Part shown: positions 52,001 through 64,000 of the stretch, piece by piece
Numbering within the stretch: position 1 is the stretch's first letter
Layout: every line of letters starts with the position of its first letter
Assembly: GCF_018977255.1 (NCBI RefSeq)
Contig: NW_024704743.1
Span: 29,638,001-29,702,000 of the forward strand
Direction of reading: 5' to 3'
Length of the DNA stretch: 64,000 nt
From: Callorhinchus milii
Taxonomy: Eukaryota
Program-made: the position numbers and the translations under genes
The notes under the pieces: generated by a model
Databases searched by the model: none
Seen by the model: only the letters and a program-made list of their open reading frames with translations
What the model was told of the DNA's origin: nothing

Positions 52001-55000
52001 GCATGATTTAGACACAGTACAAGCTCTGTTTTTATAATAATAATCCTTGCATTTGATACCTTGCCTATTAAAGACAAAACATCTCAAGTTACTTGTAATT
52101 ACTGCTGAGTGAAGTGACTATGTATTTGTCGCTGATGCACGCACAGCAAGATCCCCCAAGCTGCCAGGAGGTCAATAACCAGTTTTATCTGGAGGATTGC
52201 TAGCCAGGACACCACTCTTGAGATCTTTAACATCCACCTGAACAGGCAGGCATTATAACCAAAGTCCTCTGATAACTAATTGATGATTTCATTACAGGGC
52301 CCATTCATTAAACTTTTGGAAAGTGGCAACATTTTTGCCTGCAATTTAGTAAGGGTATTTTATTGTTTTCCTATCTTCACAAACTGCAAAAGTTTTCAGA
52401 ACTGGTCACCGAATGATATGGAGTGGTACAAGTTATCTCAAAGGGGGCATGTTTGACTAAAGACAGATGTCAAAATGACATGTGTCAAAAACGAAAAGGT
52501 TTTTACACTCATATGGTATAGCCAAACCCAATAGTAAAACCAAATATAAGTTCAACAATATAGCAAGCTTCGCTAAACGTCCCTGGGACAAACAATTGCT
52601 ATATGTGACTCTCAAAAACACCTGCAATAAGAAGCACACAGAACCATAGAAATTTACAGAAGAGAAGGCCATTCAGCTCATCATGTCTTTACTAAAGCTT
52701 TGAAAGAGCCATTCATTCAGTTCTATTGTCCTGTCGTATCCCCTCACGTCTGTTAGAAAACAAGTCTATCTCATAAATATGCCAGTGATCTGCGAATACT
52801 AAATATAAATGCACTCTTCCTAACACATCGCTTTGGAGGAAAGGTCTTTTGCAAGCTTTGTTTTGAAGTAACAGTTCACCACAGAGCCTGAAATTTGATT
52901 TTGTCTTGGCCTGTAAGACTATTTTGTGTTAAAATTAAAAAATGTGCTGAATTGAGGAAAATTCTCAAAATTCAGTCTTAATTTGGAAACTGTTTGTTGG
53001 CAATGGCACTGTGGAAAATTGGCTGCAAATTAAGACTGATGTTAAAAATGTTATTTAATTCCACTTGATCTCTGGCATTACAAAATGGCATTATAGACTT
53101 CTACTAGAGGCAACCAGAAGTCTACCTTTCCTTGGCAAATCCACCATATTTTACTTTTTGCTCTGCTTCAGATTGGTCCAATAAAGACTCAGATCTGGTC
53201 ATATTAGCTCATTCTGTGGTTTAGCTCCCGACATTAAAACTTTGGTAAACACATGGCTGCAGTTGGTCATTCATGAGATGAGTACAACCAATAATTAATC
53301 CTAATGGTTGGCGATCTAAACAGTTTGGACAACTATCTGCTCACTCTAGCTATTTGCACGTTATTTTCCTAACTTCAGTAACTTCAGTATCATTGTTATG
53401 CATTACATTTGAACAAAGAACAAGGAACTACAGGGGTTTTAATCACAGCTGATGGATGTGTCCATGAATATGTACTCTGGATATTTCACACATTCACAAA
53501 ATCTTCTGCAAGGGCTTTGTTAGCATCAACATTGGGAAAGTGATTCTAATTGCTCAATAGAATGATTTTGTAGCTCTTGCTACAGCTTGTGGTGACATAG
53601 TATAGTATTTCAATAAAAGATCCCTCTGTGGTTTGCCTTTTTAATGGGTGTGTTTGTATTTAAAAATATTTTATGTTGCAGGAAAGCTCGACTGAGCAAC
53701 TTTACCACTTCTTACAGTCACATTTCACAAAAAAAGAACCTAAAAGCCACCATCCGTAAATTAAAGTTAGCTGAAGAAAACGTGATTTATAACCATGTTA
53801 AAATAAAGCACCATGTAATGCTAGCTGCCAATTATGTTATATTTTCCCATTGGTGGTTCTGATCAGGGTGGTTTTAAAGTGTTTGAACAAGTCTCATATA
53901 TCACCCCAGATCTGCTGATTCCTCAGGAAAAAAACACACATTATTGGACTCTACAGGCAGTCATTTACCACCTGGACTCATATCTCTGCAGACGCACACC
54001 ACAACACCATCATAATTTATTACAGTTATAAAAAAAATTCAGGCTTTAAGTGAGGTGACCGATTTGTGAAGTTTGGAAATATATAGAGTGAAATGTGTGA
54101 CTATTTACAAGGAATGTCATGTTCTTGACAATAATGCACAAATGTATTTTATTCTGTTGTCATATTTCTCAGTGCAATTGTGTACATTTTCTGTAGCATT
54201 AATTCCCCACACATTTCTGTATCTTGACATTGTTCAGCTGGGGACAGTTGCCTCTTTTGCTCCCCTGGGTGGTTAATACTCTTCAGGTGACCCTCACTTA
54301 TCACCGTGAGTTGCAAAAATTCCAGCTCCTTTGTGTCAAATGTCTTTTGTATGTCTGGACACGTTACCATCCATGACAAAATATTCTCTCTCATGCTTAT
54401 CAGATTGAGCAGATTCTTGATGTTATTCTTATGTCATCGCACCTGCTCTTGATAAATCCCACCTAGATGTCAGAAATAATACCACTGTCCTGTTTATACT
54501 GGAATTTTGTCAACTGCACGTGTTATGAGGATGGCCTGGAGGGGATGCGTGAAGGGGATGGGAGTATTTTCCTTCCTTGAGTAACACTGAAATGAATATC
54601 GTTCTCACCCATGCTTCACTGAGAAAATTTGACGGGAGAAGTGCTGGACAACAGCCATTAACTTATAAAAGATCTGCTACAAATCAGTCTGACCCTATTT
54701 TCTAGTCCAGAGGCAAGTCATAAATTACATGTTAGTATTCTGCATATTGCAGCTCCATTGCTGGCTACTCAGGATAGGTCTGGAAGCACAGATAAACAAT
54801 GGAGATTGATGAAGTGAGTTACAAATGTTCAGATGTCCTGGTTGAGTTTTTCAGGACTTATAGCTCCTAACAAAAAACATTTCTGCCAAGTATACGCCAT
54901 AAGCTATGAAATTACCTACTGTGTTTGAACTGAGTCGACAAGGGACAGGCCAGTGCAATGGGATGCACACTCACCATAATCGACAAACATGCAGACCTTT

Positions 55001-55479
55001 AATTGCTACACTTATTGTTTAAATTGTGAGCCAACGTGAAAGAGCAAGGCCACAGTGTTGTAACACCAGCAAGGTTGAAAAGAGCAGAAAAGAAACAAGG
55101 TAGGAACATAAGAAAGGAAAATATAATGTTATAACACATTTATGTTAATAATAATCTTGTATTTGAAGTAGCTCCTTAACTTGTCATTGAGATGTCTCAA
55201 AGTGCTTCACAGAATTTTACTGTGAAGTGTAGTAACTGAGCAGTTTGGAGGCAAATGCAGCAGCCAAGTTGCACATAGCAATGTTTCAGTGACAATCATG
55301 AAGTGAATGACAAGAGTGTCAGACTAAATTATATGAGTTCAAAATCCCAATGTGGGGCTAGAATCCACAATCTTCAGAGGTGAGAGTACTAATAAACTGA
55401 GCCAGGCTGACAAGTGACTTTTATGAAGTATAGTGAAAGGATGGGGTATTAAGATTAAAAGAATGGCCAAAATCTAATA

Positions 55480-56550
55480 ACACCAACAAAATTACGTTTA
55501 TAGAGCACCTTTCATGACAGGAGGACATCCCAAGGTACTGGACAGTCAGGGGGCAGGACCCGAACATGAGGGAGGGTGGGGTAGGGGTGAGGGAAGGCAG
55601 AGAGGTGGGAGGGTGACCGAAGACACGATCGAAGAGGAGAGTCTTGAGACGGCTTTGAAGGAGGCAAGGGAGGAAACGAGGCAAAGGGACTGTAGGATGG
55701 AGTTCCAGAGTGTGGGGGCAGAGGCTGAAAGTTCGGCCACTGATGATAGGGTGGGTCGGGCGGGAGACATGGAGCAGGCCGGAGCCCGCTGAACGGAGGC
55801 AGCGGGCAGGTTGGTAGGGAGTCAGCAGGTCAGAGAGGTAGGAGGGGGCAAGGCCATGGATGGCCCTGAAAGTGAGGACGAGGATCTTGAATTCGATCCT
55901 CTGGGGGAAGGGGAGCCAGTGGAGTCGGGTGAGGGTGGGAGTGATGAGGTCGCGGAGCCCCTGGTGCGCGAGTACACGAGCTTCAGAGTTTCGGATGATC
56001 TGCAGCTTGTGAAGGGAAGAGTTGGGAAGGCCGATGAGGAGGGAGTTGCCATAATTGAGCCTTGATGTGACGAATGTGTGGGTGAGGGTTTCAGCAGCCT
56101 GAGGGGTGAGGTAATGGCAGAGTCTGGCAATGTGGTGGTAGGCAGAGCTGGTCATGGCGCGGATGTGGGGGAGAAAGGACAGCTCAGGGTCAAACAAGAC
56201 ACCCAGGTTCCTGACTGGCTTAGTGAGGTTGAGTGTGCAGCCGTGGAGGCTGATGCTGCCAGCGCCTGAGGTGCGGAGGCGCTGGCTCGAGCCAATCAGG
56301 AGGGCCTCTGTTTTGCTGACGTTCAGTTGGAGAAAGTTGTCCCTCGTCCAGGACTTCATGTCGGACAGGCAGTCGGTCAGGACGCCAGTGGTCCCGGAGT
56401 TGAGGGTGGAGGTAGAGAGATAGAGTTGGGTGTCATCTGCATACATGTGGAAATTTACCCCATGTCTGCGGATGATGTCACCAAGGGGGAGCGTGTAGAA
56501 GGTGAAGAGGAGGGGACCAAGGACAGAGCCATGAGGAACGCCGCATGGGA
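55480..56550 (-). mobile_element. L2 LINE, 5'-truncated
   Basis: ORF contains [26 protein letters not shown]...IEFKIL. L2 3' tail near 55480. Confidence 0.92.
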
Positions 56551-56886
56551 TGCATTCTAGGTTACTGAGGGAAGTAAGGGTGGAAATAGCGGAGGCTCTG
56601 GCTGAATCTTTCAATCCTTCTTGGACACAGAAGTGGTGCCAGAGGACTGGAGGGTTGCAAATATTACTCCCCTGTACAAAAAGGGGCAGAAGGATAAACC
56701 TGGGAACTACAGGCCAGTCAACAGAACGTCAGTTGTGGGGAAACTTCTAGAGATTATAATCCGGGACAAAAAAAATTTCACTTAGAAGAATATGGGTTAA
56801 TAAAGGACAGCCAACATGGATTTGTTAAAGACAAATCATGTCTAACAAACCTGATAGTGTTTTTTGATGAAGTAACAGAGAGGGTG
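56551..56886 (+). mobile_element. CR1 ORF2 internal fragment abutting the L2
   Basis: [17 protein letters not shown]...[17 protein letters not shown]...NYRPV...SQHGF across frameshifts. Confidence 0.85.
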
Positions 56887-59690
56887 CTATATTCCTGAAT
56901 CAGCAAGCTAGATGTACACAACTTGCTGGACTCATTAAAATACATTGATGAAGGATCAATTAACATATGCAGAAGCAAATGCCCCTTGTGTCATTTATAT
57001 ATCAAAACATTTATAAGATGCATGACACTAGCTCTTTCATGTTCTCAGCAAAGCCTCTTAAAATAGCAGAAAGAGCTACAAACTGTTATAACACAATGCA
57101 AGTTATGTATACATAGTGATGACCTTCCCTGTACATAAGGGAGATTTTCTTCATATTGGGGCCTAACTTTCATGTGTTAACTAATTTTAGCAAAACAGGT
57201 GGATTATTTGTGCTCCTGAGAGCTTCCTACACCTCAGGAATCTTTAGCGAAAATGAAGAAAAAAGGGCTGATTTAACTTGTTAAAACAATTAAAGCTGGG
57301 CTCTTATAGCATTGTATAGTTGAGAATTTGTGCACAGCAATGTATCACTGACAATCATGAAATAAATGACCAATTTTATCTGAGACTGGGGAAAACTCTC
57401 TTCTCTTTTCGAATAGTTCAATGGGATCTTTAGTCCTCACCCAAACAAGATATTATATCTTCTTGAGAAGTATTGAAAAGTATTTTATTTCTCCCGACAT
57501 GAAAGGCGCTCTATAAATGTAATTTTGTTGTTGTTGTATATTTAAGGGAAATCGGGAAGTACAGTGCAGCCCTGATATAAATGTGATTTTGGTGTAGCAC
57601 TGACTCACTTGTAAGCCAAGTCTCACTTCAATGCACAATCTAACCTGCTTGCTATAGTAGCTTTGGTTGTGCAATGTGTCAATACACAAACTAACTTACT
57701 ACCGTGAGAAGGTTCGGTTGTGTATTGCAAGCTCAGTGGATTTCTGCACACATGTGCAGTCTGCAGAAACTGGCATCAGTACGACCTGATCACCCAGAAC
57801 TCGGCCATTTTGATACGGAAAACTTTCTGCGTGCATGGGCGTTTTTAGATACGGTCATATGATTAGTGACTACAAGATGGAAGAGCCCCCATTGTAACAT
57901 GGTTGGTATATTATGGACCCCTAATTCTGGATAGTAATGGGGCATTTCTAGAACCAAAGAACAATAGAAATTTACAGCACATAGTTTACAGCCTTTGGCC
58001 CATATGCACCGTCTCGTTTAAGAACAATCCTTTCAGTCCCATTTACTTTCCCCAAACCCCTGTAGTTTACTCCGTTTTAGATATTTATCTAGCTAGTTTT
58101 TGAAAACTAATATGAGATTCTGCCTCAACCATCACTCCCAACAGGGCATTCCATATCCTAATTACTCTGTACAAGAAAAATTTCACCTAAACTCCCCATT
58201 TGCTTCTTAGCTAACTACTTTACATTGATGCCTTCTCGTCACGGATATAACATAACGAGTAACAAATGGAATGGGTTAACATGATGGATGATAGAGACTA
58301 GGTGCTGGACTCAGATCATCTTGATGCTATAATGACAAGATAGTCAGGTTAGTATTTAACAACAACAATAATAATAATCATCTTTGCATTAGATATAGGC
58401 TTTATCTCGTCTTCAAGAAGTCTCCAAATGCTTCACAGAATATACTGTAAAGTGAATTGACTGTATATTTTGTGAGTGAAAAGTATGCTAGAAGATGAGA
58501 TCAATTGGGTTGAAGGGTCTCCAGACCCTCGTAATTTTTCAGACACGTTTGTATGTTTCAACCATAGCCTTGCTGTCCACAATATACTGGATATTTAATA
58601 TTTCCTTTACCAACTGCAGTAGTAGGGGGAGGAGAGGAGAGAATTCACTGCACATGATTTACTCTTAATTTTAACAAAAATAGTGAAATGTTGAGCCCAT
58701 AGTTTTGCTCAAATGGAAGACAACAACAACAACAGGCACAACAAGCATTTATCTAGCGCCCTTCACACAGCATAGTGTATCAGAACACTGGTCACTTATT
58801 TCATGATTGACAATGATATATTGCTGTGCACAAATTCTCAACTATACAATGCTATAAGAGCCCAGTGGCGGGGTTGGAGGCTAAACAAGAGAGAAGGGGG
58901 CGAGATGTGACCATGGGTGCTGATGAAGAGGCAGATCTTAAGGTGGGATTTAAAGATAATGAGGGAGTGAGGTGGAGGGTTTGAGGCAGGGAGTTCCTGA
59001 ATTTAGGCTGAAGGCATGGCCACCAACAGTGGTGCAGAGGGGTCAGGCAATGTGTAGCAGGCATGTGTTAGCTGAGCAAAGGAGTGGACAGAGAAATGGG
59101 ATTCGAGCAAGACTGGATGATATGGCAGTAATCTTTCAGAGGAAACATTTTATGCAACGTTTTCAGGCCATCAGAAGGAACAGGCTCGATGGGCTGAACG
59201 GCCGCCTCCTGTTCATAGATCTAAAACAACTCTACTGAAAATCTGAAACGCTGTTCCTCTGACCTCACTTTAACCTCTGGTATATTATAAATGGCATGCA
59301 TACAGAATGTACCTAACAAAGTGTGCCCTGCTTTTTTAGGTTACAGATTAGTGCCCCATATATAGAAAAGAAAGTTGACTGGTGACATTGTAAATGAATA
59401 AATATTTTGAATGTAGAAACATACTGGTGTAGATACTCTTGCTATGGAAAACTTCCCAAATATTGCTGAGGATTATTTGTTTGTGAGGTGGAAATCTTCT
59501 GTTACATGACATTTACCGCAAAATCAAATCTGCAGGTCAACAAGACTTCAAATAAATTTAAAGCATAAGTAGAAATAAGAATAACAAATGGTTTGATTGC
59601 GTTCTATCGCAGGAAGAAAAACAAAATCTTACTTATTTAATGCAACTTTAAAAGCATTTGATTTACTGTTGTGATAGTCAGAGTACTTAC

Positions 59691-60332
59691 CCTTTCTTTT
59701 TTTGTTCTCAATACAATTTTTTCTGAGACAACTTGTTTTTTAGAAGCCTTTTGTAGGTGATTACCTTTTGGAGCGCCACCACTACTTCCTTGGTTTGAAG
59801 GAGTTTGGCCTTTGACAAGAAACTCAACAAACCTGAAATTTTTAAACGTCTCTCCTAAAAAGTTTATGACCTGCTGTATTCCTAGCACAATGTTTTCGAT
59901 TCCGTCTATCTTTTTACTATGCTCCTTTGAACTTTGATCCAGAATTGACAGCACATCAGTGATTTCAAAGAAAACATCTTTCTTTTTATTGGCATCTTCA
60001 TCACATTTGTTGGTCTCTTTTGTTCCTTTTTTGTCAACCTTCAGTATTTCAATGTCTTTTCCAACTTTATCAATATCTTGAGTTATGTCATTCAGTTTTT
60101 GAATGACTTTTTCCTGAGCTCCTGTGAGGTTATCAATCTTCTGGCTTAAAGATTCGATCTTAATATCCATTACATTGAAGTTATCCACTGAATTGTTATA
60201 ACTGCTCATAGAAAACCTTCTTGAACTTCCCATGCTCATAGGGGGTCCTTGGCTCTGAATGGCATTGGAGTCATAAACTTTAGCCAGAGAATGGACCAAG
60301 GTACCAGAGTTCTTCCTTGGAGGAGTGCTCAT
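59691..60332 (-). CDS. MYLK4: MLCK gene coding exon 1 (214 codons, N-terminal coiled-coil-like extension)
   Basis: ATG at 60332 and open frame MSTPPRKNSG...KKER, ending at the donor AGG|gtaagt (phase 0). The segment MDIKIESLSQKIDNLTGAQEKVIQKL resembles the N-terminus of cardiac MLCK (MYLK3). It joins in phase to the exon at 47096. Confidence 0.85.
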
Positions 60333-60586
60333 TATAAGAAGTTCAATGGGACAGGGAGAATATCAATACTTCGTAAACACCACTGTATTACTGGTACTGG
60401 CACTGCCGAAAAGGCTTACCTTACAAGTTTGAAAGAATGCAGAGTTGTGCAAGTTCTTAGGCAACTAAATCTCCGTGAAGATGCATAGAAGAATCTTGAG
60501 GTTATTTTTCCTGATTCCAGGGAGTTTTCTGTGAAAATCTTCAGCAGCTCCTGCAGAGTGTGTTTTTCAGTGCCTGGGACAGAAGC

Positions 60587-60760
60587 TTTTAATACCTGGA
60601 TAAAATGCTTTCAAATGTTCCAATTAGAGCAGCAAATCTCTAACATTCAACTTCATGAAGCAGGATCCAGCAGAAAATATAGGTTGGACAAGAGCCTCAG
60701 TGGTCAGAGAAAGCATTCTTTGCTCACTTGCTGTCCTTTATTCTTTTAATCTATTTTTAA
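60587..60760 (-). promoter_or_regulatory. Candidate muscle promoter: MEF2 site and TATA-like box
   Basis: CTATTTTTAA at 60751-60760 matches the MEF2 consensus YTA(W)4TAR. E-box CACTTG at 60725-60730. TATTAAAA on the minus strand at 60594-60587, about 255 nt upstream of the ATG. Confidence 0.5.
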
Positions 60761-61440
60761 AAGGCATACAATGGCTACATTTAGCCGTAGCAAAGTGAGA
60801 CTGAGATTTTCAGACCTATTCTAAATGTACTCTATCCTGTGACGCAAGCATGGAATGAAGAAGGCTATTTGGGCACTCATTTGGCAGTACATATGTTATG
60901 TGACATTTGAGATGCTTCAAAGTGCAAGGCCATTTTTGCAGTACTGTTGCTAAGCAGAAAAAAAGGATGTGTAACATCCAATACAATTTCTAGTTTTAAT
61001 AATCTAACAGCGAACAGTCACATTTAGTAGATAACAGTGAAAACAGTTTAAACATGTTTGCCGATAAATGCACAAGCACTCCATTTCACAGTAAGTTCTA
61101 TGAAATGCTTTGAGCCGTCCTCCCAACATGAAAGACACAATACAAAATGCAAGAATTATTAGTATAACATTTGATTTATTTCTAATCAATTATATTTCTT
61201 TGGTTATCTCCCCTCTCTTTTCAGCTTGGAATCAAACCACACCACTGTTAAGTGCTCTGAGATCCTACTGGCCTGAAGAGCACTATATAAGGTTGTTGTA
61301 TTTTGTAAAGCACTTTAGGAAGTTTATTTCAGAGATGTTTATTTCATTATGGGAATTTATTTAAGTCACTGGGGGCAACAATTGAATTGGGATTGAGTGG
61401 AGTGTATGGCTTATCACTGGGGTCTCCAACTGGGCAATCA

Positions 61441-61728
61441 CCACTAGTTGGCGCTATCGTGCATGATAAAAAAGACAAGAGGAAGGAGCAACAAAACTGT
61501 GTAGTTATTACGTTCAATTGAAAACGAAGCCAGATGCATAAAGTATGAAGTATTTTATGCATCTTGAAATAAAAGTATAAACTGGTCGATTGCCACTAGT
61601 TGGCACTATTACACATGATAAAAAAGGCAAGAGCAAGGAGCAACTAAACTGTGTAGTTATTGAGTTCAATTGAAAACTAAGCCATATGCACAAATTATTT
61701 CATGCATCTCAAAATAAAAATATAAACT
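61441..61728. repeat. ~152-bp diverged tandem duplication
   Basis: Units start with ccactagttggc at 61441 and 61593, and both end ...tataaact. Confidence 0.9.
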
Positions 61729-62959
61729 TTAATGTTTCAACTGTGGTAAATATTGCTCCATCCTTTTGTTTTATTGAGTGTGTGTGAGACATAATAATAT
61801 AATAAATACAATATAATCCTTGCATTTGATATAGCTCTTTATCACATGTTTGAGACGTCTCAAAGTGCTTCACTGAATATATTGTAAAGTGAATTGACTG
61901 TATATTTTGTGAGTGAAAAGCGGCAGCCAATTGCACACAGCAGTGTCCCATAAACAGTCGTGAATTGAGTGACCAATTTGTTTTTTGAAGGAATTTTTTG
62001 CCAAGGAGATGCCACCTAGCAGCAATCAACTGGTTGGAGACCCCTTGTTGCTTCTTAGTCGCATCGTACACATCTCTTTGGAATTGTGTTTGAATAGTTT
62101 TGTTTCAGATTTCAGAAGAAAAAATGATGATCTCAGATACGGTCCTTTGCATCAGACTCACAGAATGATTGTTCTGTCTAAACAGGTATGTCCCATTCAA
62201 AGAAATCTTTCAGAGAGAAACAATCAAAAGCCAGGAAATGTAACGGTAAAGGTTGTGGCACGATCACATCATTGATAAATGTAGTCAATGAGGCCAGTTA
62301 ATAAAAGACTGGCTATCCATCCCACTATTACTATGTTTGGGCGTGAAACAGCCCACAGTGGCCAGTGAATTTCTGGTTCATACTATTGCAGTGCCAGCTA
62401 GCTAGTAAGTTAGTTATCTTATTAACCAAAAAAGATCAGTGTTAAGCTGCTCTCACGATCCATGGGCCAGAAGTGCATTGGTTGCCTTGAGCTGATTTCT
62501 GGTTCAACCATCGTGATGCTGTTGGATGGGGAGGAGCAAGAACACACCACTTCGAGAGTAGTCAGTCTTGTTCTTCATTGATGTGGTTGATTGTATTTAT
62601 CACCAGTATAAAAATGATCATACAATACAATATAAAATGACATTTGTATAATGCATTTCACGTCGGGAGTACGTCCCTAGGTACTGGATAGTCAGAGATT
62701 TAGACCCGAGCTGGGGGTTGGGATCTAAGAGGATCAGGATTAACTCAATACATGTCCCAATTTTTGCCCCATCTCAGCTGTACCAAGTGATATTCAATAC
62801 TTGAAAACTGACTCCAAAGGTTACTCTTTGATGTGAAAGTTAAGAATCAAAGGGTGGGCAAGAGAAATTTGCCATATGTGGTAGGATAATTTGTAATTGA
62901 CATGATAATTGTCACCATTTGATAATTATCACATTCTATAAATCTCCCCTCAATATCAG

Positions 62960-63378
62960 TGTGTCAGCTTGGCTCAGTTGTAGCACTCATGCTTCTGAGT
63001 CAGAAGGTTGTGGGTTAAAATCCCATGTCAAGACTTGAACTTACAGAGTCTAACCTGACACTCCAATGCAATGCTAGAGATATGTTGCATTGTTGGAGAT
63101 ACCATCCTTCAGATGAAACCTTACATCGAGATCTCGTCTGCCTGTTCATGTGGACATCAAAGACACCACAGCATTATAAGAAAAGAGAAGGGAGTTTCTC
63201 CTGGTGTCCCGGCCAACAATCCCCCCCAAATAAAAATAGGTCATTCATTTCATAGCTGTTTGTGGGACATTGTCCTGCCGCATTTGCCTACAAATCCATA
63301 GTTACTCCATTTCACAATAATTCCTGTGAAACATTTTCCAAATCAATAAGGTGCTATACCAAATGCAAGGATTATTTT
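62960..63378 (+). mobile_element. Near full-length Deu-domain SINE (SacSINE/AmnSINE-related)
   Basis: Head gtgtcagcttggctcagttgtagcactc...agtcagaaggttgtgggtt, Deu core, and tail ending aaatgcaaggattatt. Confidence 0.8.
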
Positions 63379-64000
63379 AAAATGTTATGTCATTTGCACC
63401 TCCAACCACACTCTGAAATAGGCTGGTTTATTTGCTGTAAGGATTATGTATCTTTTTAGTTACACATGCATGAATATGTTGTGAATATACATTTGCTTTA
63501 TTGCTTCAGTAGAAACTCTTTGAAAAGATTTTTTTACAATAATAACTCTTTAAACATTCCAATTAGTCATACTCATAACAACCAGTGAAGCTGCTAGAAC
63601 CCATGCTACAAACAAGATTATTTTTGTCAACCTCAAATGTACAAAGCTGGTTTCAGAGGCTCTTCAGAATTGCTAACTCAGTAACTGAGATGTTTAGTTC
63701 AAGAGTTTTTCCATAACAGCAGTTTAACAGAACCAAATAGGATACTTAGTACTGGATGAGATGCCAAGTGTTTTTTCATTACTCAGACATATGGACGCGA
63801 CTTTCCACCTTACATCACTGTCACCATAGTGAAGGGCTTTGCAAAGGTTATCTGTGGAATAGATAGGGGATTAATGACCTGATGAAGTTGGATCAGATGC
63901 TTGTAAGTTAGTCTTCTGATGAGAAACTGATATAGTTTGGGATGTAAAACATGGTAATTGCAAACAGGATTGATTAATTAATTAAGGAATCTGTATGGAG

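Noticed and set aside
60412..60425. Consensus donor AAG|gtaagc in the 5' region
   Set aside because: No convincing acceptor lies before the ATG at 60332, so a UTR intron or short isoform cannot be supported without transcript data.

Overview
Eukaryotic, repeat-rich vertebrate DNA, most likely a cartilaginous fish (chimaera/elephant-shark-like), inferred from its tRNA-derived and Deu-domain SINEs and L2/CR1 LINEs. One protein-coding gene is supported: a minus-strand myosin light chain kinase, most similar to MYLK4, with ATG at 60332 and last stop at 21316. Eleven shared coding exons, all phase-consistent with GT-AG sites, total 2600 nt. Main result: after the last shared kinase exon, the gene has two homologous, same-phase alternative exons. 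The first (29518-29413) encodes a MYLK4-type tail (WRVSAKEALKHRWLSDHNLHYRL) with no calmodulin-binding segment. The second (25998-25866, plus terminal exon 21396-21316) encodes an intact MYLK2/MYLK3-type autoinhibitory and calmodulin-binding tail. One locus could therefore make both a Ca2+/CaM-regulated and a probably constitutive MLCK by splicing/polyadenylation choice. These tail exons are not visible in the ORF track. The rest is transposon-derived: nested SINE/LINE insertions, a hAT MITE with TSD, palindromic MITE-like repeats, a Helitron-like element carrying a GA microsatellite, and short local templated duplications. Repeat boundaries are approximate and family names come from recognition, not database searches.
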